A stretch of 64,000 bases of DNA from Ignavibacteriota bacterium. Its GTDB lineage: Bacteria; Bacteroidota; Ignavibacteria; UBA10030; UBA6906. The DNA lies in assembly GCA_963801355.1 (NCBI GenBank), contig CAWDEM010000008.1, forward strand, positions 416,001 to 480,000. The letters run 5' to 3'. This document shows, in pieces, positions 51,087 to 62,730 of the stretch; position 1 is the first letter of the stretch, and the number at the start of each line of letters is the position of its first letter. Under the pieces are notes generated by a model that was not told the origin of the DNA, ran no database searches, and saw nothing but the letters and a program-made list of their open reading frames with translations. Both the position numbers and the translations under genes were made by a program.

Positions 51087-51452
51087 ATGTCCATTCGCAC
51101 ATCACGGGTTGCGTCACTGATCAAAGAAGAAATCGGCGAGATTCTCACACGGGAGTACAGTTCTGCGCCGTACGGCTTCACCACGGTGACGGATGTCACG
51201 GTCACCGGGGACCTCCGCATCGCCAAAGTGTATTTCAGCGTCATGGGGACGCCGGAAGTGCAGCGGAAGACGATGGAGATGCTGGAGGGGGAGCGGGGTC
51301 ATATCCGGGGCATCGTAGGCTCCCATCTCCGGATGCGCTTCGTCCCTGAACTGCAGTTCTTTCACGACACGACGATGGACCGCGTGGACCGGATCAACAC
51401 ATTGATCCGCGAGATCCACAGGAAAGACGATGAGCCCAAGCAGACCCAGTGA
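51087..51452 (+). CDS. rbfA: Ribosome-binding factor A
   Basis: DLRIAKVY...PELQF..D, in the expected operon position. Confidence 0.93.
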   Translation: MSIRTSRVASLIKEEIGEILTREYSSAPYGFTTVTDVTVTGDLRIAKVYFSVMGTPEVQRKTMEMLEGERGHIRGIVGSHLRMRFVPELQFFHDTTMDRVDRINTLIREIHRKDDEPKQTQ

Positions 51453-52140
51453 CGCAAGGTTCAGCGATGTCCCGGGCGAGGTGCTTCTGATTGACAAGCC
51501 ATCCGGGTGGACATCGTTTGACGTTGTGAATAAGCTACGCCGCGCGGCGGGTGGGCTCAAAATGGGCCATGCCGGCACCCTGGATCCGCTGGCAACGGGG
51601 CTGCTCATCATTTGCACGGGCAGAAAACGTAAAGAAATGGAGCGGTTCACCGGGCTGGACAAGGAGTATCTGGCCGGGATCGTCCTCGGGGTACGAACAC
51701 CGAGTCACGATACGGAGACGGAGCCAATCGAGCAGCGAAGCACGGACGGGGTGACCGAAGAGCGTATTCAGGCAATTCTGGAGGGATTCATCGGTCCGCA
51801 AATGCAGACCCCCCCGATGTGGTCTGCGGTGAAAGTCGGCGGAAAAAGACTGTATGAACTGGCGAGAAAGGGGGTCGACATTGACCGGCCGTCTCGCCAG
51901 ATTGTTGTGCACTCTATCGCAATCGTGGAATGCGCCGTCCCCCGGCTGGTCGTGCGCATTGCCTGTTCGAAGGGCACGTATGTGCGATCCCTGGTCAACG
52001 ACATCGGCGAGCGTCTCGGGTGCGGTGCAAGCGTGAGCAGTCTCCGCCGGACCAGGATAGGTCCGTACAGTGTTGATGAAGCCTCCGGCATTCCCCAGGC
52101 GGCGGCATATCTGGAGGGCAGTCTCGCTCGAAGTCTATGA
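51430..52140 (+). CDS. truB: tRNA pseudouridine(55) synthase
   Basis: DKPSGWTSFD, GHAGTLDPLATG, CSKGTYVRSL. Confidence 0.95.
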   Translation: MSPSRPSDARFSDVPGEVLLIDKPSGWTSFDVVNKLRRAAGGLKMGHAGTLDPLATGLLIICTGRKRKEMERFTGLDKEYLAGIVLGVRTPSHDTETEPIEQRSTDGVTEERIQAILEGFIGPQMQTPPMWSAVKVGGKRLYELARKGVDIDRPSRQIVVHSIAIVECAVPRLVVRIACSKGTYVRSLVNDIGERLGCGASVSSLRRTRIGPYSVDEASGIPQAAAYLEGSLARSL

Positions 52141-53099
52141 ACGTCATCCGTTCTTTAGAGGATATCCGCCACGTCAAGAACTCGGTGGTCACCGTCGGCA
52201 CGTTCGACGGCGTCCACCTGGCGCACCGGGAAATCATCCGCGAGGTGGTGAACCGGGCGCGTATGCGGGAAGGACGGAGTGTGGTGATCACTTTTGATCC
52301 ACACCCGAAAACCGTGGTGGCGTCCTCGCGCGGCCCTGTGGAGCTGCTTTCGACGCTTGGTGAACGGATTGCCATGATCGGCGAGATGCACGTCAGTGAT
52401 CTCATTGTTATTCCGTTCAACTTTGAATTTTCACGCATCAGCGCGACGACGTTTTACCAGAACTACATAGGCCGACTGATCGGGGTGAGCGAGGTTATCG
52501 TCGGCCATGATCACATGTTCGGACGGGATCGCGAGGCGGGAACGGAGGATCTTATAGCGCTGGGAAGATTGCTCGACTTTTCGGTGTTGGCTGTACATCC
52601 TCTCGCGCTCGATGGCCAGCCGATCAGCAGCACGCTCATCCGCCGTGCGTTGAACAGCGGCGATCTGGAGCGTGCAGAACGGATGCTGGGATACCCGTAC
52701 AGTCTCACCGGCAGGGTGGTTCAGGGCGACCATCGGGGCCGGGCGCTGGGGTTTCCGACGGCCAACCTGGTCGTGCAGGAACAGGGCAAGCTCGTGCCCG
52801 CCGACGGCGTCTATCTCGTGGGGGTGCAGGTGGCCGGTGTGCACGCGTTCGGCATGATGAACATCGGAGTGCGCCCGACGCTGACTGCAGGGGACTATCG
52901 CATACTCGAAGTTCATATTCTCGACTTTGATCGTGAAATCTACGACGAAACAATCACTGTGACATTCCTCCGCCGTCTCCGGGATGAGCACAAGTTCGGA
53001 TCGGTGCAGGAGCTGGTGGCGCAGCTTAACCGGGACCGGGACGCGGCGCGTCAGGCCCGCATCGGTGTGAAGTATTCTCCAACACAACGCAAGGAGTAA
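52137..53099 (+). CDS. ribF: Bifunctional riboflavin kinase / FAD synthetase
   Basis: GTFDGVH, ISSTLIR, GFPTAN, NIGVRPT, EVH. Confidence 0.95.
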   Translation: MNVIRSLEDIRHVKNSVVTVGTFDGVHLAHREIIREVVNRARMREGRSVVITFDPHPKTVVASSRGPVELLSTLGERIAMIGEMHVSDLIVIPFNFEFSRISATTFYQNYIGRLIGVSEVIVGHDHMFGRDREAGTEDLIALGRLLDFSVLAVHPLALDGQPISSTLIRRALNSGDLERAERMLGYPYSLTGRVVQGDHRGRALGFPTANLVVQEQGKLVPADGVYLVGVQVAGVHAFGMMNIGVRPTLTAGDYRILEVHILDFDREIYDETITVTFLRRLRDEHKFGSVQELVAQLNRDRDAARQARIGVKYSPTQRKE

Positions 53100-53103
53100 C
53101 AGA

Positions 53104-53373
53104 ATGGCAATTACGAAGGAAATCAAGGAAGGCATTATCGCGAAGTACGGCAAGACGCCGAAGGACACGGGAATTCCTGAAGTGCAGATCGCCCTTCTGA
53201 CGGCGCGCATCAACGATCTTGCACCGCATTTTGAGAAATTCCCGAAAGATCATCTCTCACGTGTCGGACTGCTGAAGATGGTGGGCAAGCGCCGCCGTTT
53301 ACTGGACTACCTTCGCGAGAAGAATATCGAGCGGTACAGGAAGATCATTGAAGAATTGCAGCTTCGTAAGTAA
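53104..53373 (+). CDS. rpsO: 30S ribosomal protein S15
   Basis: [28 protein letters not shown]. Confidence 0.97.
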   Translation: MAITKEIKEGIIAKYGKTPKDTGIPEVQIALLTARINDLAPHFEKFPKDHLSRVGLLKMVGKRRRLLDYLREKNIERYRKIIEELQLRK

Positions 53374-53400
53374 CTCGTGTCTTAACAATTGCAGGGTGTA

Positions 53401-55611
53401 ATGAAAGTCACCAAAGAAATTGAAATCGGGGGAAAACTGTTCTCCCTGGAGACCGGGCGATTCGCCAAACAGGCGGACGGCGCGGTGATGGCGCGGTATG
53501 GCGATACCATGGTGCTGGCCACCGTGGTGGCCAATGACGAGCCCACCCCCGGTCTGGATTACTTCCCCCTTCAGGTCGAGTATCGCGAAAAAGCCGCCTC
53601 AGCGGGAAAGATTCCCGGCGGGTTCCTGAAACGCGAGGCCCGTCCATCGGAGAAGGAAATCCTCTCCGCACGCGTCATCGATCGACCAATCCGGCCCATG
53701 TTCCCGGATTGGTATCAGTGTGAGACGCAAATCATCGTCACCGTGTATTCTTCCGACCAGGAGCATGACGGCGACGTGCTCGGCGCAGTGGCCGCTTCCG
53801 CGGCGCTGGCGATATCCGACATTCCGTTCACCGGGCCGGTTGCGGAGGTTCGTGTCGGCCGGCTGAACGGCGAGTTCATCATCAACCCCACCTATTCGCA
53901 GATCGTGACCAGCGACATGGATATTACCGTTGCCGGCACGGATGATTCGATTGTCATGGTGGAAGGGGAGGCCAGAGAGATTTCCGAGAAGGAAATGCTG
54001 GAAGCCCTCGTGTTTGCACACGGGTACATCAAACAGATCTGCGCCCTGCAAGCGGAACTGGCGAAGGAAGTCGGGAAGCAGAAGCGTCTTCAACCGGACA
54101 GCGACGCGAATGCGCCACTGAAGGCCGAGGTGAAAACCCTTGCCGGAGAACGCATCAACACGCTGGCCGGGACGGCACTGCTGAAAGAAGTGAGAGCGAA
54201 GCAGACGGCTGACCTGCAGAAAGAAGTGCTGGCTGCTCTGGCCGAAAGGTATCCCGAGCAGGAGGACGTGATCAAGGAAGCCCTGCATCAGCTTGAGTAC
54301 CATGCGATGCGCGAAATGATCCTGACGCACGGGCGGCGTCTGGATGGCCGCGGGCTCCGCGAAATCCGTCCGATAACTATTGAAGTCGGTCTACTCCCCC
54401 GGACACATGGCTCGGCGTTGTTCCAGCGCGGTGAGACGCAGAGTCTGACTACGGTGACCCTGGGGACCAAGCTCGACGAACAAATCATCGACGGTCTGGC
54501 ACCGGAGTCCTCGAAGCGATTCATGCTGCACTACAACTTCCCCCCGTTTTCCGTGGGCGAGGTCGGCCGCCTTGGCACGACCGGACGCAGGGAAGTAGGT
54601 CACGGGAACCTGGCCGAACGCTCGATCAAGAACGTGATGCCCCCCGAAGCGTCATTCCCGTATACGGTCCGCATCGTGTCCGATATCCTGGAGTCGAACG
54701 GGTCCTCCTCTATGGCGACCGTTTGTGCGGCGAGCCTTGCATTGATGGACGGCGGCGCGCCGCTCGCGAAGCCGGTCGCAGGCATTGCGATGGGGCTCGT
54801 GAAAGAAGGAGACCGGGTGGCGATTCTGAGCGATATTCTGGGAAATGAGGATCACCTCGGCGACATGGACTTCAAAGTCGCGGGCACGCCCGACGGCATC
54901 ACCGCCTGCCAGATGGATATCAAGGTGCGCGGCATCTCGATCGAGATCATGCAGAACGCGCTGGAGCAGGCACGTGAGGGGCGTATGCACATCCTCGGCA
55001 AGATGGGGGAGGTTATCTCCGCGCCGCGCGCCGACCTGTCGTCGTTCGCACCGCGTCTGACGACCATTCACATCCCCGTGGATATGATCGGTGCGGTCAT
55101 CGGGCCGGGCGGAAAAAATATCCGCAAGATCGTCAGCGACAGCGGCGCAGAAATCAACATCGAAGACGATGGTTCGGTCGTCGTTGCCGCCACGACCAAG
55201 GAATCGGCCGACAAAGCGATTGCGGCAATCAGCCGGATCACCGAGGTCCCGGAAGTCGGAAAAATCTACAACGCCACCGTGAAGAAAGTCACCGACTTTG
55301 GTGCGTTTGTGGAATTCCTCCCCGGCAAGGAAGGACTTGTGCACGTGTCGCAGCTGGACGTGAAACGTGTCGCAAACCCGTCGGATGTTGTGAAGGTCGG
55401 GGATGTCTTCGACGTGAAGATCGTCGACAAGGACGACATGGGGCGGTGGAAGCTCAGCCGCAAGGCCGTGCTCGCGCCCGACGTGCCGTACGAGCGAACC
55501 CCGCCACGGAGAGAAGGTGGCGACAGGCCTCACCGTGATCACCCATCCGGGGACAGAGGGCATGACAGAGGACACGGCAGGGGACCGAGCAGGGACACGA
55601 AGAGCGAGTAG
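53401..55611 (+). CDS. pnp: Polyribonucleotide nucleotidyltransferase
   Basis: [34 protein letters not shown] and S1 domains. Confidence 0.98.
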   Translation: MKVTKEIEIGGKLFSLETGRFAKQADGAVMARYGDTMVLATVVANDEPTPGLDYFPLQVEYREKAASAGKIPGGFLKREARPSEKEILSARVIDRPIRPMFPDWYQCETQIIVTVYSSDQEHDGDVLGAVAASAALAISDIPFTGPVAEVRVGRLNGEFIINPTYSQIVTSDMDITVAGTDDSIVMVEGEAREISEKEMLEALVFAHGYIKQICALQAELAKEVGKQKRLQPDSDANAPLKAEVKTLAGERINTLAGTALLKEVRAKQTADLQKEVLAALAERYPEQEDVIKEALHQLEYHAMREMILTHGRRLDGRGLREIRPITIEVGLLPRTHGSALFQRGETQSLTTVTLGTKLDEQIIDGLAPESSKRFMLHYNFPPFSVGEVGRLGTTGRREVGHGNLAERSIKNVMPPEASFPYTVRIVSDILESNGSSSMATVCAASLALMDGGAPLAKPVAGIAMGLVKEGDRVAILSDILGNEDHLGDMDFKVAGTPDGITACQMDIKVRGISIEIMQNALEQAREGRMHILGKMGEVISAPRADLSSFAPRLTTIHIPVDMIGAVIGPGGKNIRKIVSDSGAEINIEDDGSVVVAATTKESADKAIAAISRITEVPEVGKIYNATVKKVTDFGAFVEFLPGKEGLVHVSQLDVKRVANPSDVVKVGDVFDVKIVDKDDMGRWKLSRKAVLAPDVPYERTPPRREGGDRPHRDHPSGDRGHDRGHGRGPSRDTKSE

Positions 55612-55634
55612 ATCGTCCGCCGGCAAAACCAACA

Positions 55635-55674
55635 AAGCCACGAAGGAGAGTTGTCCTTCGTGGCTTCTGTTTTG
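55635..55674 (+). terminator. Intrinsic terminator after pnp
   Basis: AAGCCACGAAGGA-GAGTTG-TCCTTCGTGGCTT, followed by CTGTTTTG. Confidence 0.8.
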
Positions 55675-55704
55675 TACAGGCGCCTGGCGGGTGCGGGGGA
55701 AAAC

Positions 55705-57348
55705 CTACCGCATCAGCATTTGGTGTTTGAACCCCGTGACATCCACATGATGCTCCAGCCACCGCACGACATCGGGACCGTACTTGTTGAGAAAGTGCAG
55801 GATATTCAGCTGACGCTCCTGGAGGCTCCCGCCGGGCAGAACACCGCTGACGGCTTTTTCAATCTGGCGGACCGCAGTTTCGTGCTGCCGCTTCTGCGCG
55901 GTGATGGATTTTTCCTTGAGCAGGTTCACCGTCGTGGTAATCTTCCCGATCGCGTTCTCGAGTGCGCCGGTGAGTGTCGGGTCAACTTCTCCCAAACCGA
56001 ATTTCAGCTCGTTCAGCGCTTCTGATAGTCCGCCGGTCGCCCGTGCAAACATCTCGTCCAGATTGATCTCCGCGATCTGCTGAACCACCTTATGGGTCAA
56101 CTGCGCGGTATCTCCGAAGAGATCCGAAACATCAAGCCCATACTTCTCCAGAACGCGCTGCACGCGCTCTTCGACGATCGTTGCGCTGGCACGTGGGAAA
56201 AGCACAGGTTGCACGATTCCAAAGTGCTGGTACAACGGAGCAAGCTGGGCATGGTAGGCGATTTCCGACGGGCCGGCGACATAGGCGACGGTGGGCAACA
56301 GCGAATCCTGCGCGAGCGGCCGCAACACCACATTCGGGCTCAGCAACTCGGGGTTTTCCATTGCAATGCGCTGAAGCTCTTCCGGCTGAATGAAGTGACG
56401 CGTGCCCTTCAGGCTGAAATCGCTCTCCCGCGGCTCAATGGGATAGCGCCCGCCTTTGTGAAAGAAGAATAGATTGATCGATTTTGGTTTGACCTGGGCG
56501 TGATAACGCTGTTCGAGTTCGGCGCTTTGACCGATCACAATTTGTGAGGTGATGGGGTACTGCGTCACCTCGCGGAAAAACAGCGGGGAGAGAAGCCTCT
56601 TCAGTTCCGCCCTGTTGCCGGACATGAAGATTATGCCGGAATCGGGAAAGAGGCGCTGCAGCCATTTGGCGAAGGCCGTGTTGAACGTGCTCCCTTCCTG
56701 ATAGCACATCCGGAGCCCGTCCAGCAGATCGTGTGTGAACTCAGTGTGGGGTAAGGCGGAACCCAGGGAAGCTAACGTATGTTCTAGTGAAGAGTCAAAG
56801 GACATTTCGCCAACGGGACCCGGGTTGCGGTCGGGCATGAGGCCGCCGGGGAGATACTCGATTTTTACAACGGAACCCTGTGTATCGAGGACCTGGGTGT
56901 GGTTCATTTCCGCAAAATCATGATCTTCCCCCTCCAACCAGAATACCGGCACAAAGTCCCATCGGGGATATTTTTCTTTGAGCCGCCTGCTCAGGATAAC
57001 GGTCGTAAGGGTTTTGAGGACCGTGTACATCGGTCCTCCGAACAATCCCACCTGTTGCCCTGTGACCACTGCGAACGTAGTCGGCTTGCGGAGCAGCGCG
57101 ATGTTCGCGAGCGTTTGCTCCGGCGCAGCGAGCTCAGTCTGCTGTGCCAGCAACGCATCCGCTACCTGGTTTCTGTACGCATGCGGACGATTCTGCAGGG
57201 CACCGATCACCGTTTCATATGAAGCGTTCTCACGGAAATCAGTCCGGAAGAAAGATTGCACGCGCGGATAGTCGTACAGATAATCAAAGAAGAGATCTGA
57301 GAATCCCCCGACGGCGGGCGGCAGTTGTCGAAAGTCGATCCAGTTCAT
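55705..57348 (-). CDS. bshC: Bacillithiol biosynthesis cysteine-adding enzyme
   Basis: VVTGQQ.GLFGGP.Y, PVFW..GEDHD..E, SPNVVLRP, YVAGPSE.AY, LQER. Confidence 0.92.
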   Translation of the reverse strand: MNWIDFRQLPPAVGGFSDLFFDYLYDYPRVQSFFRTDFRENASYETVIGALQNRPHAYRNQVADALLAQQTELAAPEQTLANIALLRKPTTFAVVTGQQVGLFGGPMYTVLKTLTTVILSRRLKEKYPRWDFVPVFWLEGEDHDFAEMNHTQVLDTQGSVVKIEYLPGGLMPDRNPGPVGEMSFDSSLEHTLASLGSALPHTEFTHDLLDGLRMCYQEGSTFNTAFAKWLQRLFPDSGIIFMSGNRAELKRLLSPLFFREVTQYPITSQIVIGQSAELEQRYHAQVKPKSINLFFFHKGGRYPIEPRESDFSLKGTRHFIQPEELQRIAMENPELLSPNVVLRPLAQDSLLPTVAYVAGPSEIAYHAQLAPLYQHFGIVQPVLFPRASATIVEERVQRVLEKYGLDVSDLFGDTAQLTHKVVQQIAEINLDEMFARATGGLSEALNELKFGLGEVDPTLTGALENAIGKITTTVNLLKEKSITAQKRQHETAVRQIEKAVSGVLPGGSLQERQLNILHFLNKYGPDVVRWLEHHVDVTGFKHQMLMR

Positions 57349-57465
57349 GACGCCTAATATCGACAAAAAAGGCGTTGCTTTCAAGTTGAAAGTTACTTAC
57401 ACTAGCCGAAGATGCAACCCGCATGTGCGGATGACCGCATTTCCTCATCCGTTTCCTGTCGTTGA

Positions 57466-58041
57466 ATGCCTATGAAGAAGTCCCTACTTGACTATACGTT
57501 GAAAATCCGCGTCCCGATCATCCTTTTTGTGGGGGTGGTTGCCTTCGTAACGACGTACTACCTGTCGCGGGCTGAGCGTGAAGGGGTGGGCTATGCTCCC
57601 GCCCAGCCGATTGCGTTTTCCCACAGGCTGCACGCAGGCACAATGCACATCGACTGCAAATATTGTCACTCGGCGGTAACAAGTTCCCCGCACGCCGGAA
57701 TTCCTGCTGTTTCTGTGTGTATGAACTGCCATACCGTAGCCCGGAAAGCCCAACCCGAGATCATCAGACTCACCAAGTTCTATGAAGGAGGGAGCGCGCT
57801 TCCGTGGAAGCGCGTTCATCGCGTTCCCGACTATGCGTATTTCAACCATAGCGTGCATGTGAACCGGGGAATCGACTGCGCCAATTGCCACGGAAAAGTC
57901 GAGGCCATGGAGGTTGTGGAGCAGGTTTCCCAATTCACGATGGGAGCATGCTTGGATTGTCACAGGAATGCACCCGCCCGGCTCGCGGGAGTGCCCAATA
58001 TCAAGCGTGGGCCGGAGAAGTGCGGGTCGTGCCACAGGTAG
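57466..58041 (+). CDS. actA: Alternative complex III pentaheme cytochrome c subunit
   Basis: Five CxxCH motifs, QPIAFSH, N-terminal TM helix. Confidence 0.9.
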   Translation: MPMKKSLLDYTLKIRVPIILFVGVVAFVTTYYLSRAEREGVGYAPAQPIAFSHRLHAGTMHIDCKYCHSAVTSSPHAGIPAVSVCMNCHTVARKAQPEIIRLTKFYEGGSALPWKRVHRVPDYAYFNHSVHVNRGIDCANCHGKVEAMEVVEQVSQFTMGACLDCHRNAPARLAGVPNIKRGPEKCGSCHR

Positions 58042-58050
58042 GAGCAGGCG

Positions 58051-58350
58051 ATGTCACAGGCAAAAAATCAGGGGCCAGAGCTGTACCAATTGAGGATTGT
58101 CAATCGACTATCCACAATCGACAATCGGTCGGGGTCAGACCCCACCCGCCGATCCCGGCGGTCATTCCTCAGCCGCTCGGGAGGCTTGATAGCCGGACTT
58201 CTTGCCGGTGTACCCTTGATTCGCCGTGCATTCTCACTCGGCAGGGGCGATTCGCCGTCCCCAAAGCCCGGAGGTTCCGGACAGATCCAGGCCAGGATTC
58301 ACCCCATGGCAGTGCCTCGCACATCAACGAGTTCACACCCCAATGTCTGA
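58051..58350 (+). CDS. Small protein with twin-arginine-like motif (start uncertain)
   Basis: Fills the actA-actB gap. SRRSFL plus a hydrophobic stretch, GGAG ribosome-binding site, stop overlapping the actB start. Confidence 0.5.
   Translation: MSQAKNQGPELYQLRIVNRLSTIDNRSGSDPTRRSRRSFLSRSGGLIAGLLAGVPLIRRAFSLGRGDSPSPKPGGSGQIQARIHPMAVPRTSTSSHPNV
58101..58128. repeat. Four 7-bp units CAATCGA (degenerate)
   Basis: caatcga ctatcca caatcga caatcgg. Confidence 0.6.
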
Positions 58351-61342
58351 ATTCCTGCCAGGTGTGACCGACGCGTTTTCTCCGGAGGAACTTTCGCCGA
58401 TCTCCCGCAAACAGTTCCTCGGATTGCTGGCCGCTTCTGCTGCCTTTGCCGCGACGGGATGTACTGACTACCGGGACAAAGGAGAGATTGTTCCCTACAC
58501 AAGAAAACCCGAAGAGATCACTCCGGGCGTGGCGAACCACTACGCCTCCACCTGCACCGGTTGTTCACAAGCTTGCGGCACATTGATCAAGACCCGTGAG
58601 GGGAGGCCCGTCAAAGTTGATGGCAATCCCGATCATCCCATCAACAAGGGGAAACTCTGTGCGAAGGGACAGGCATCGATCCTTTCGCTCTATGATCCCG
58701 CGCGGCTTCGCAGCCCCCGGTATGGTGCTGCCTCTTCGCAAAGCGGAGACGTTGCATGGGATGCCGCCGATGCCGAGATCATCCGGCATTTGACCGAGAG
58801 CCGAGGCACCGGTAAGCCCATATTCCTCTTTACTTCTCCTGTGCAATCGCCGACAGCGCGCAAGCTCCTCACTGAGTTTGCTGTGGCGTTCCCCGGCACC
58901 CGGATCATTCCCTACACACTGCTCAATGACGAAGTGCGCAGGAGAGCCTGGGAAGCATGTTACGGAGCTGTTCCGCTCCCGGTGATTCTCTGGGAAAACG
59001 CCCGCGTCATCGTTGCGCTCGAAGCGGACTTTCTCGGCACAGAAGGATTCAGCATAGAGCAGAGCCGTCAGTTTGCCACCGGCCGCGACGTCATGAAGTC
59101 AACACAGTTTAACCGGCTCTATGCGGTTGAATCGGGATTTTCCCTGACGAGTGCAAATGCTGACTACCGTTTGAAGCTGCATCCTTCGGCACAGACAGCC
59201 TTCGTGCTTGCATTGTTGAACGAAATGCTCTTGAAGCGGAAGGCTGTCGCGGCGCCTCGTGCGGTGCAAGCGGCAGTAGAAGCACACGACCTTGGCGGCT
59301 TCTGTGCGAGTCACGGCGTCGCGCAGGACATTGTCACTCATCTTGTTGACGACCTGCTTTCCAGCCGCAAGAAAGGGATGGTGTACGCCGGTCCCGGTCT
59401 TCCGGAAGAGACGCATATCGCCGTCAATGTCCTGAACGACGTATTGGGCAACACAGCGCTATACAGCGAGACCGCGACAGATGCTCCGGGGCTGCGGCCG
59501 GCGACGTCCCGGGAGGTCGCAAGCGCAGTCGACGCGATCAGGGCCGGTCTTGCGGGCGTCGTGCTGCACTGTGGTGTCAACCCGGTATACGATCTTCCGA
59601 AGTCGTTCGGGTATGCGGAAGCCCTGAAACACGTTCCCCTGAGTATTGATCTCGCAGAAGTCGAGAGTGAAACGGGGCAGCTTTGCACGTACCTGTTGCC
59701 GGTACACAACGCGTTAGAAAGCTGGGGCGACCATCAGGTCAGGACGGGCCTCTATTCGTTGCAGCAGCCGGTGGTTGCACCATTGTACGATACCCGGCAA
59801 CGCGAGGCAATCCTGCTGCATTGGATGGCAGGGCAGACACCCTATGCTGAAACGCTCTACCATACGTATCTCAAGAATCACTGGGAGAATGGCATCTTCC
59901 CGTCCCTCGGCCGCGCAGTATCGTTTGAGGCCTTCTGGAATGCCTCATTGCACGACGGTGTTGTGCCCGTTCAATCGGCTGCGGCGCCACGCCAGCCGTT
60001 GAACCAGACCGTCCTCACGGGGCTGGCGGCAGGTGATCTGCGCACCACGATGGTTCTCTCCTGGAACGAGGGCCCGTTCACGGGTGACGGGCGATTCGCC
60101 AACAACGGCTGGCTCCAGGAACTGCCGCACCCGATCACGCGGATTGTGTGGGACAATTATGCCGCGGTGTCTCCCGTGAGCGCGGCCGCACTTGGTGTTG
60201 AGATGCACGACCTGTTGAAGGTCCAGACGCCTTCGGGATCACAAACGCTTCCCGTGTTCGTGCAGGCGGGTATGGCCGACAATGTTGTGGTTGTCAGCAC
60301 GGGTTATGGCCGCTGGAATGCCGGTCCGGTAGGCTCCGGCGTGGGCACGGACATCACGCCGTTGTTTCCCGGTGCGGCGCTGGACGGCGGAAGGATAATT
60401 CCTCTCGTCAAGGCGGAAAAAGCGCTCGGCCGTCATGTCCTCGTCACAACGCAGGAGCACCACTCCCTTGATGATTCCTTCGTTAAGGATTTGCACCTGA
60501 AGCGGAAGATCATCCGGGAAAACACCCTGACGCGTCATCAACAGGATCCGCTCTGGCTGCAGCGCGAACACCGTGAACATGAAAGCATCAGCACGGAAGT
60601 GGAATACCACGGCGTCAAGTGGGCCATGGCGATCGATCTCAACAAATGCACCGGCTGTGCCGCGTGTGTTGCAAGCTGCAACGTCGAAAACAACCTTCCC
60701 GTGATCGGCAAAGAGCAGGTCGAGAAGGGAAGGGAGATGCAATGGATACGTATAGACCGTTACTTCAGCGGGAGTCCGGAGGACCCGGTTGCGAGTCATC
60801 AGCCCATGCTGTGCCAGCATTGCGACAACGCTCCGTGCGAAAATGTCTGTCCTGTTGTGGCCACCAACCACAGTGACGACGGGTTGAACCAGATGATCTA
60901 CAACCGTTGTGTCGGCACGAAGTACTGCTCCAACAACTGTCCGTTCAAGGTGCGCCGCTTCAATTTCTATAATTTCCGGGATCACTTTGCGGATGGATAC
61001 TATTTACAGGAGCCGGTATCGCTGGTGTACAATCCGGAAGTCACCGTGCGTTCGCGGGGCGTCATGGAGAAGTGCACATTCTGCGTGCAGCGGATCATGG
61101 AAGCGCGTCAGCACGCGACGGAGAAGGGTGTCACGTTTGATGGTGCCGGTGTGCAGACGGCATGCGAAGTGGCATGCCCGGCGGAGGCGATTGTATTCGG
61201 AAACATGAACGATCCGGCCTCAGCTGTCTCCCGGTACCGCGAGCATGATCTGGCGTACCACGTCCTCGAGGATCTGAACGTCCGTCCCAACGTGACGTAT
61301 CTGGCGCGTTTGCGGAATACTCACACGGAGAGAACCACGTGA
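58343..61342 (+). CDS. actB: Alternative complex III subunit B (molybdopterin-oxidoreductase-like plus Fe-S domain)
   Basis: Tat/lipobox-like SRKQFL...[26 protein letters not shown]-terminal ferredoxin cysteine clusters. Confidence 0.92.
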   Translation: MSEFLPGVTDAFSPEELSPISRKQFLGLLAASAAFAATGCTDYRDKGEIVPYTRKPEEITPGVANHYASTCTGCSQACGTLIKTREGRPVKVDGNPDHPINKGKLCAKGQASILSLYDPARLRSPRYGAASSQSGDVAWDAADAEIIRHLTESRGTGKPIFLFTSPVQSPTARKLLTEFAVAFPGTRIIPYTLLNDEVRRRAWEACYGAVPLPVILWENARVIVALEADFLGTEGFSIEQSRQFATGRDVMKSTQFNRLYAVESGFSLTSANADYRLKLHPSAQTAFVLALLNEMLLKRKAVAAPRAVQAAVEAHDLGGFCASHGVAQDIVTHLVDDLLSSRKKGMVYAGPGLPEETHIAVNVLNDVLGNTALYSETATDAPGLRPATSREVASAVDAIRAGLAGVVLHCGVNPVYDLPKSFGYAEALKHVPLSIDLAEVESETGQLCTYLLPVHNALESWGDHQVRTGLYSLQQPVVAPLYDTRQREAILLHWMAGQTPYAETLYHTYLKNHWENGIFPSLGRAVSFEAFWNASLHDGVVPVQSAAAPRQPLNQTVLTGLAAGDLRTTMVLSWNEGPFTGDGRFANNGWLQELPHPITRIVWDNYAAVSPVSAAALGVEMHDLLKVQTPSGSQTLPVFVQAGMADNVVVVSTGYGRWNAGPVGSGVGTDITPLFPGAALDGGRIIPLVKAEKALGRHVLVTTQEHHSLDDSFVKDLHLKRKIIRENTLTRHQQDPLWLQREHREHESISTEVEYHGVKWAMAIDLNKCTGCAACVASCNVENNLPVIGKEQVEKGREMQWIRIDRYFSGSPEDPVASHQPMLCQHCDNAPCENVCPVVATNHSDDGLNQMIYNRCVGTKYCSNNCPFKVRRFNFYNFRDHFADGYYLQEPVSLVYNPEVTVRSRGVMEKCTFCVQRIMEARQHATEKGVTFDGAGVQTACEVACPAEAIVFGNMNDPASAVSRYREHDLAYHVLEDLNVRPNVTYLARLRNTHTERTT

Positions 61343-62709
61343 GCACAGTGCTCGTCGATTACACCCGGGAAGAGGAGGTGATTGCCGGCAGGCCAACGGC
61401 CGGCGACATCGATGCGGTGGTATCGGCGCCACTTGACCGCTTTCCGTCACGGCTCTGGTGGATTGCATTCAGCGTCACCGGCACCATGCTTGGCTTCGGG
61501 GTTGTCTGCATCGCAATCACGGTGCTGTACGGACTGGGCACCTGGGGCATCAATGAGCCTGTCTCCTGGGGTTTTGACATCGTCAACTTTGTGTTCTGGG
61601 TGGGCATCGGTCATGCGGGAACGTTGATTTCCGCCATACTCTTTCTGCTCCGCCAGCGGTGGAGAAACGGCATCGCGCGTTTTGCCGAAGCGATGACGAT
61701 CTTTGCGGTGATGTGCGCCGGCATATTCCCGCTGCTGCACACCGGGCGGCCGTGGCTCCCGCTGTACCTGACACCGTACCCGAACCAGCACGGTCTGTGG
61801 GTGAACTTTACTTCACCGCTGTTGTGGGACGTGTTCGCCGTCTCAACGTATTTGACCGTGTCGGCAGTGTTCTGGTACCTGGGGCTCGTGCCGGATTTTG
61901 CCACGCTGCGCGACCGCACGGTGCATCCGGTGAAAAAAACTATCTATTCGGTACTTAGTCTCGGGTGGCGCCATTCCAACCGCCACTGGCATCACTTCGA
62001 GCGCGCCTATCTCATCCTGGCCGGCTTTGCGACTCCCCTCGTACTCTCCGTGCACACCATCGTCAGTTTTGACTTTGCGGTCTCGGTCATCCCGGGATGG
62101 CACACGACGATCTTCCCGCCGTATTTTGTCGCGGGCGCGGTCTTTTCCGGTTTCGCCATGGTGCAGAATTCTCTCATTCTCGTGCGCCAGTACTTCTCGT
62201 TGAAACATCTCATTACGCTGGACACGCTTGAGAAGATGAACAAGGTGATGATCCTGACGGGAAGTCTGGTGGGCTACGCCTATGCGACCGAGTTCTTCAT
62301 CGCCTGGTACAGCGGCAGCCAGTTCGAATCGTTTGTGTTCATCAACCGGGCACTTGGGCCGTACGCGTGGGCGTACTGGATCATGATCACCTGCAACGTG
62401 GTGTTCCCGCAGCTTTTCTGGTTCAAGAAGATCCGCAGGTCCATCCCGGCGATGTTTGTCATCGGACTCTTCGTCAATGTCGGGATGTGGTTCGAGAGGT
62501 TTGTCATCATCGTCACCTCATTGTCACGCGACTTTCTTCCGACGAGCTGGGGGCACTACGTGCCGAGCATTATCGACGTCGGCATACTCGTCGGCAGTTT
62601 CGGGTTGTTCTTTACATTGATTCTGTTGTTCGTGCGTGTGGCACCCGTGATCTCGCTGGCGGAGATCAAATCCGTCGTGCCCGGGGCACAACCGCACCAT
62701 CACAGCTGA
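61339..62709 (+). CDS. actC: Alternative complex III subunit C (NrfD family)
   Basis: [46 protein letters not shown]. Confidence 0.93.
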   Translation: MSTVLVDYTREEEVIAGRPTAGDIDAVVSAPLDRFPSRLWWIAFSVTGTMLGFGVVCIAITVLYGLGTWGINEPVSWGFDIVNFVFWVGIGHAGTLISAILFLLRQRWRNGIARFAEAMTIFAVMCAGIFPLLHTGRPWLPLYLTPYPNQHGLWVNFTSPLLWDVFAVSTYLTVSAVFWYLGLVPDFATLRDRTVHPVKKTIYSVLSLGWRHSNRHWHHFERAYLILAGFATPLVLSVHTIVSFDFAVSVIPGWHTTIFPPYFVAGAVFSGFAMVQNSLILVRQYFSLKHLITLDTLEKMNKVMILTGSLVGYAYATEFFIAWYSGSQFESFVFINRALGPYAWAYWIMITCNVVFPQLFWFKKIRRSIPAMFVIGLFVNVGMWFERFVIIVTSLSRDFLPTSWGHYVPSIIDVGILVGSFGLFFTLILLFVRVAPVISLAEIKSVVPGAQPHHHS

Positions 62710-62730
62710 TGTGTCAGACACTGAAACCCC

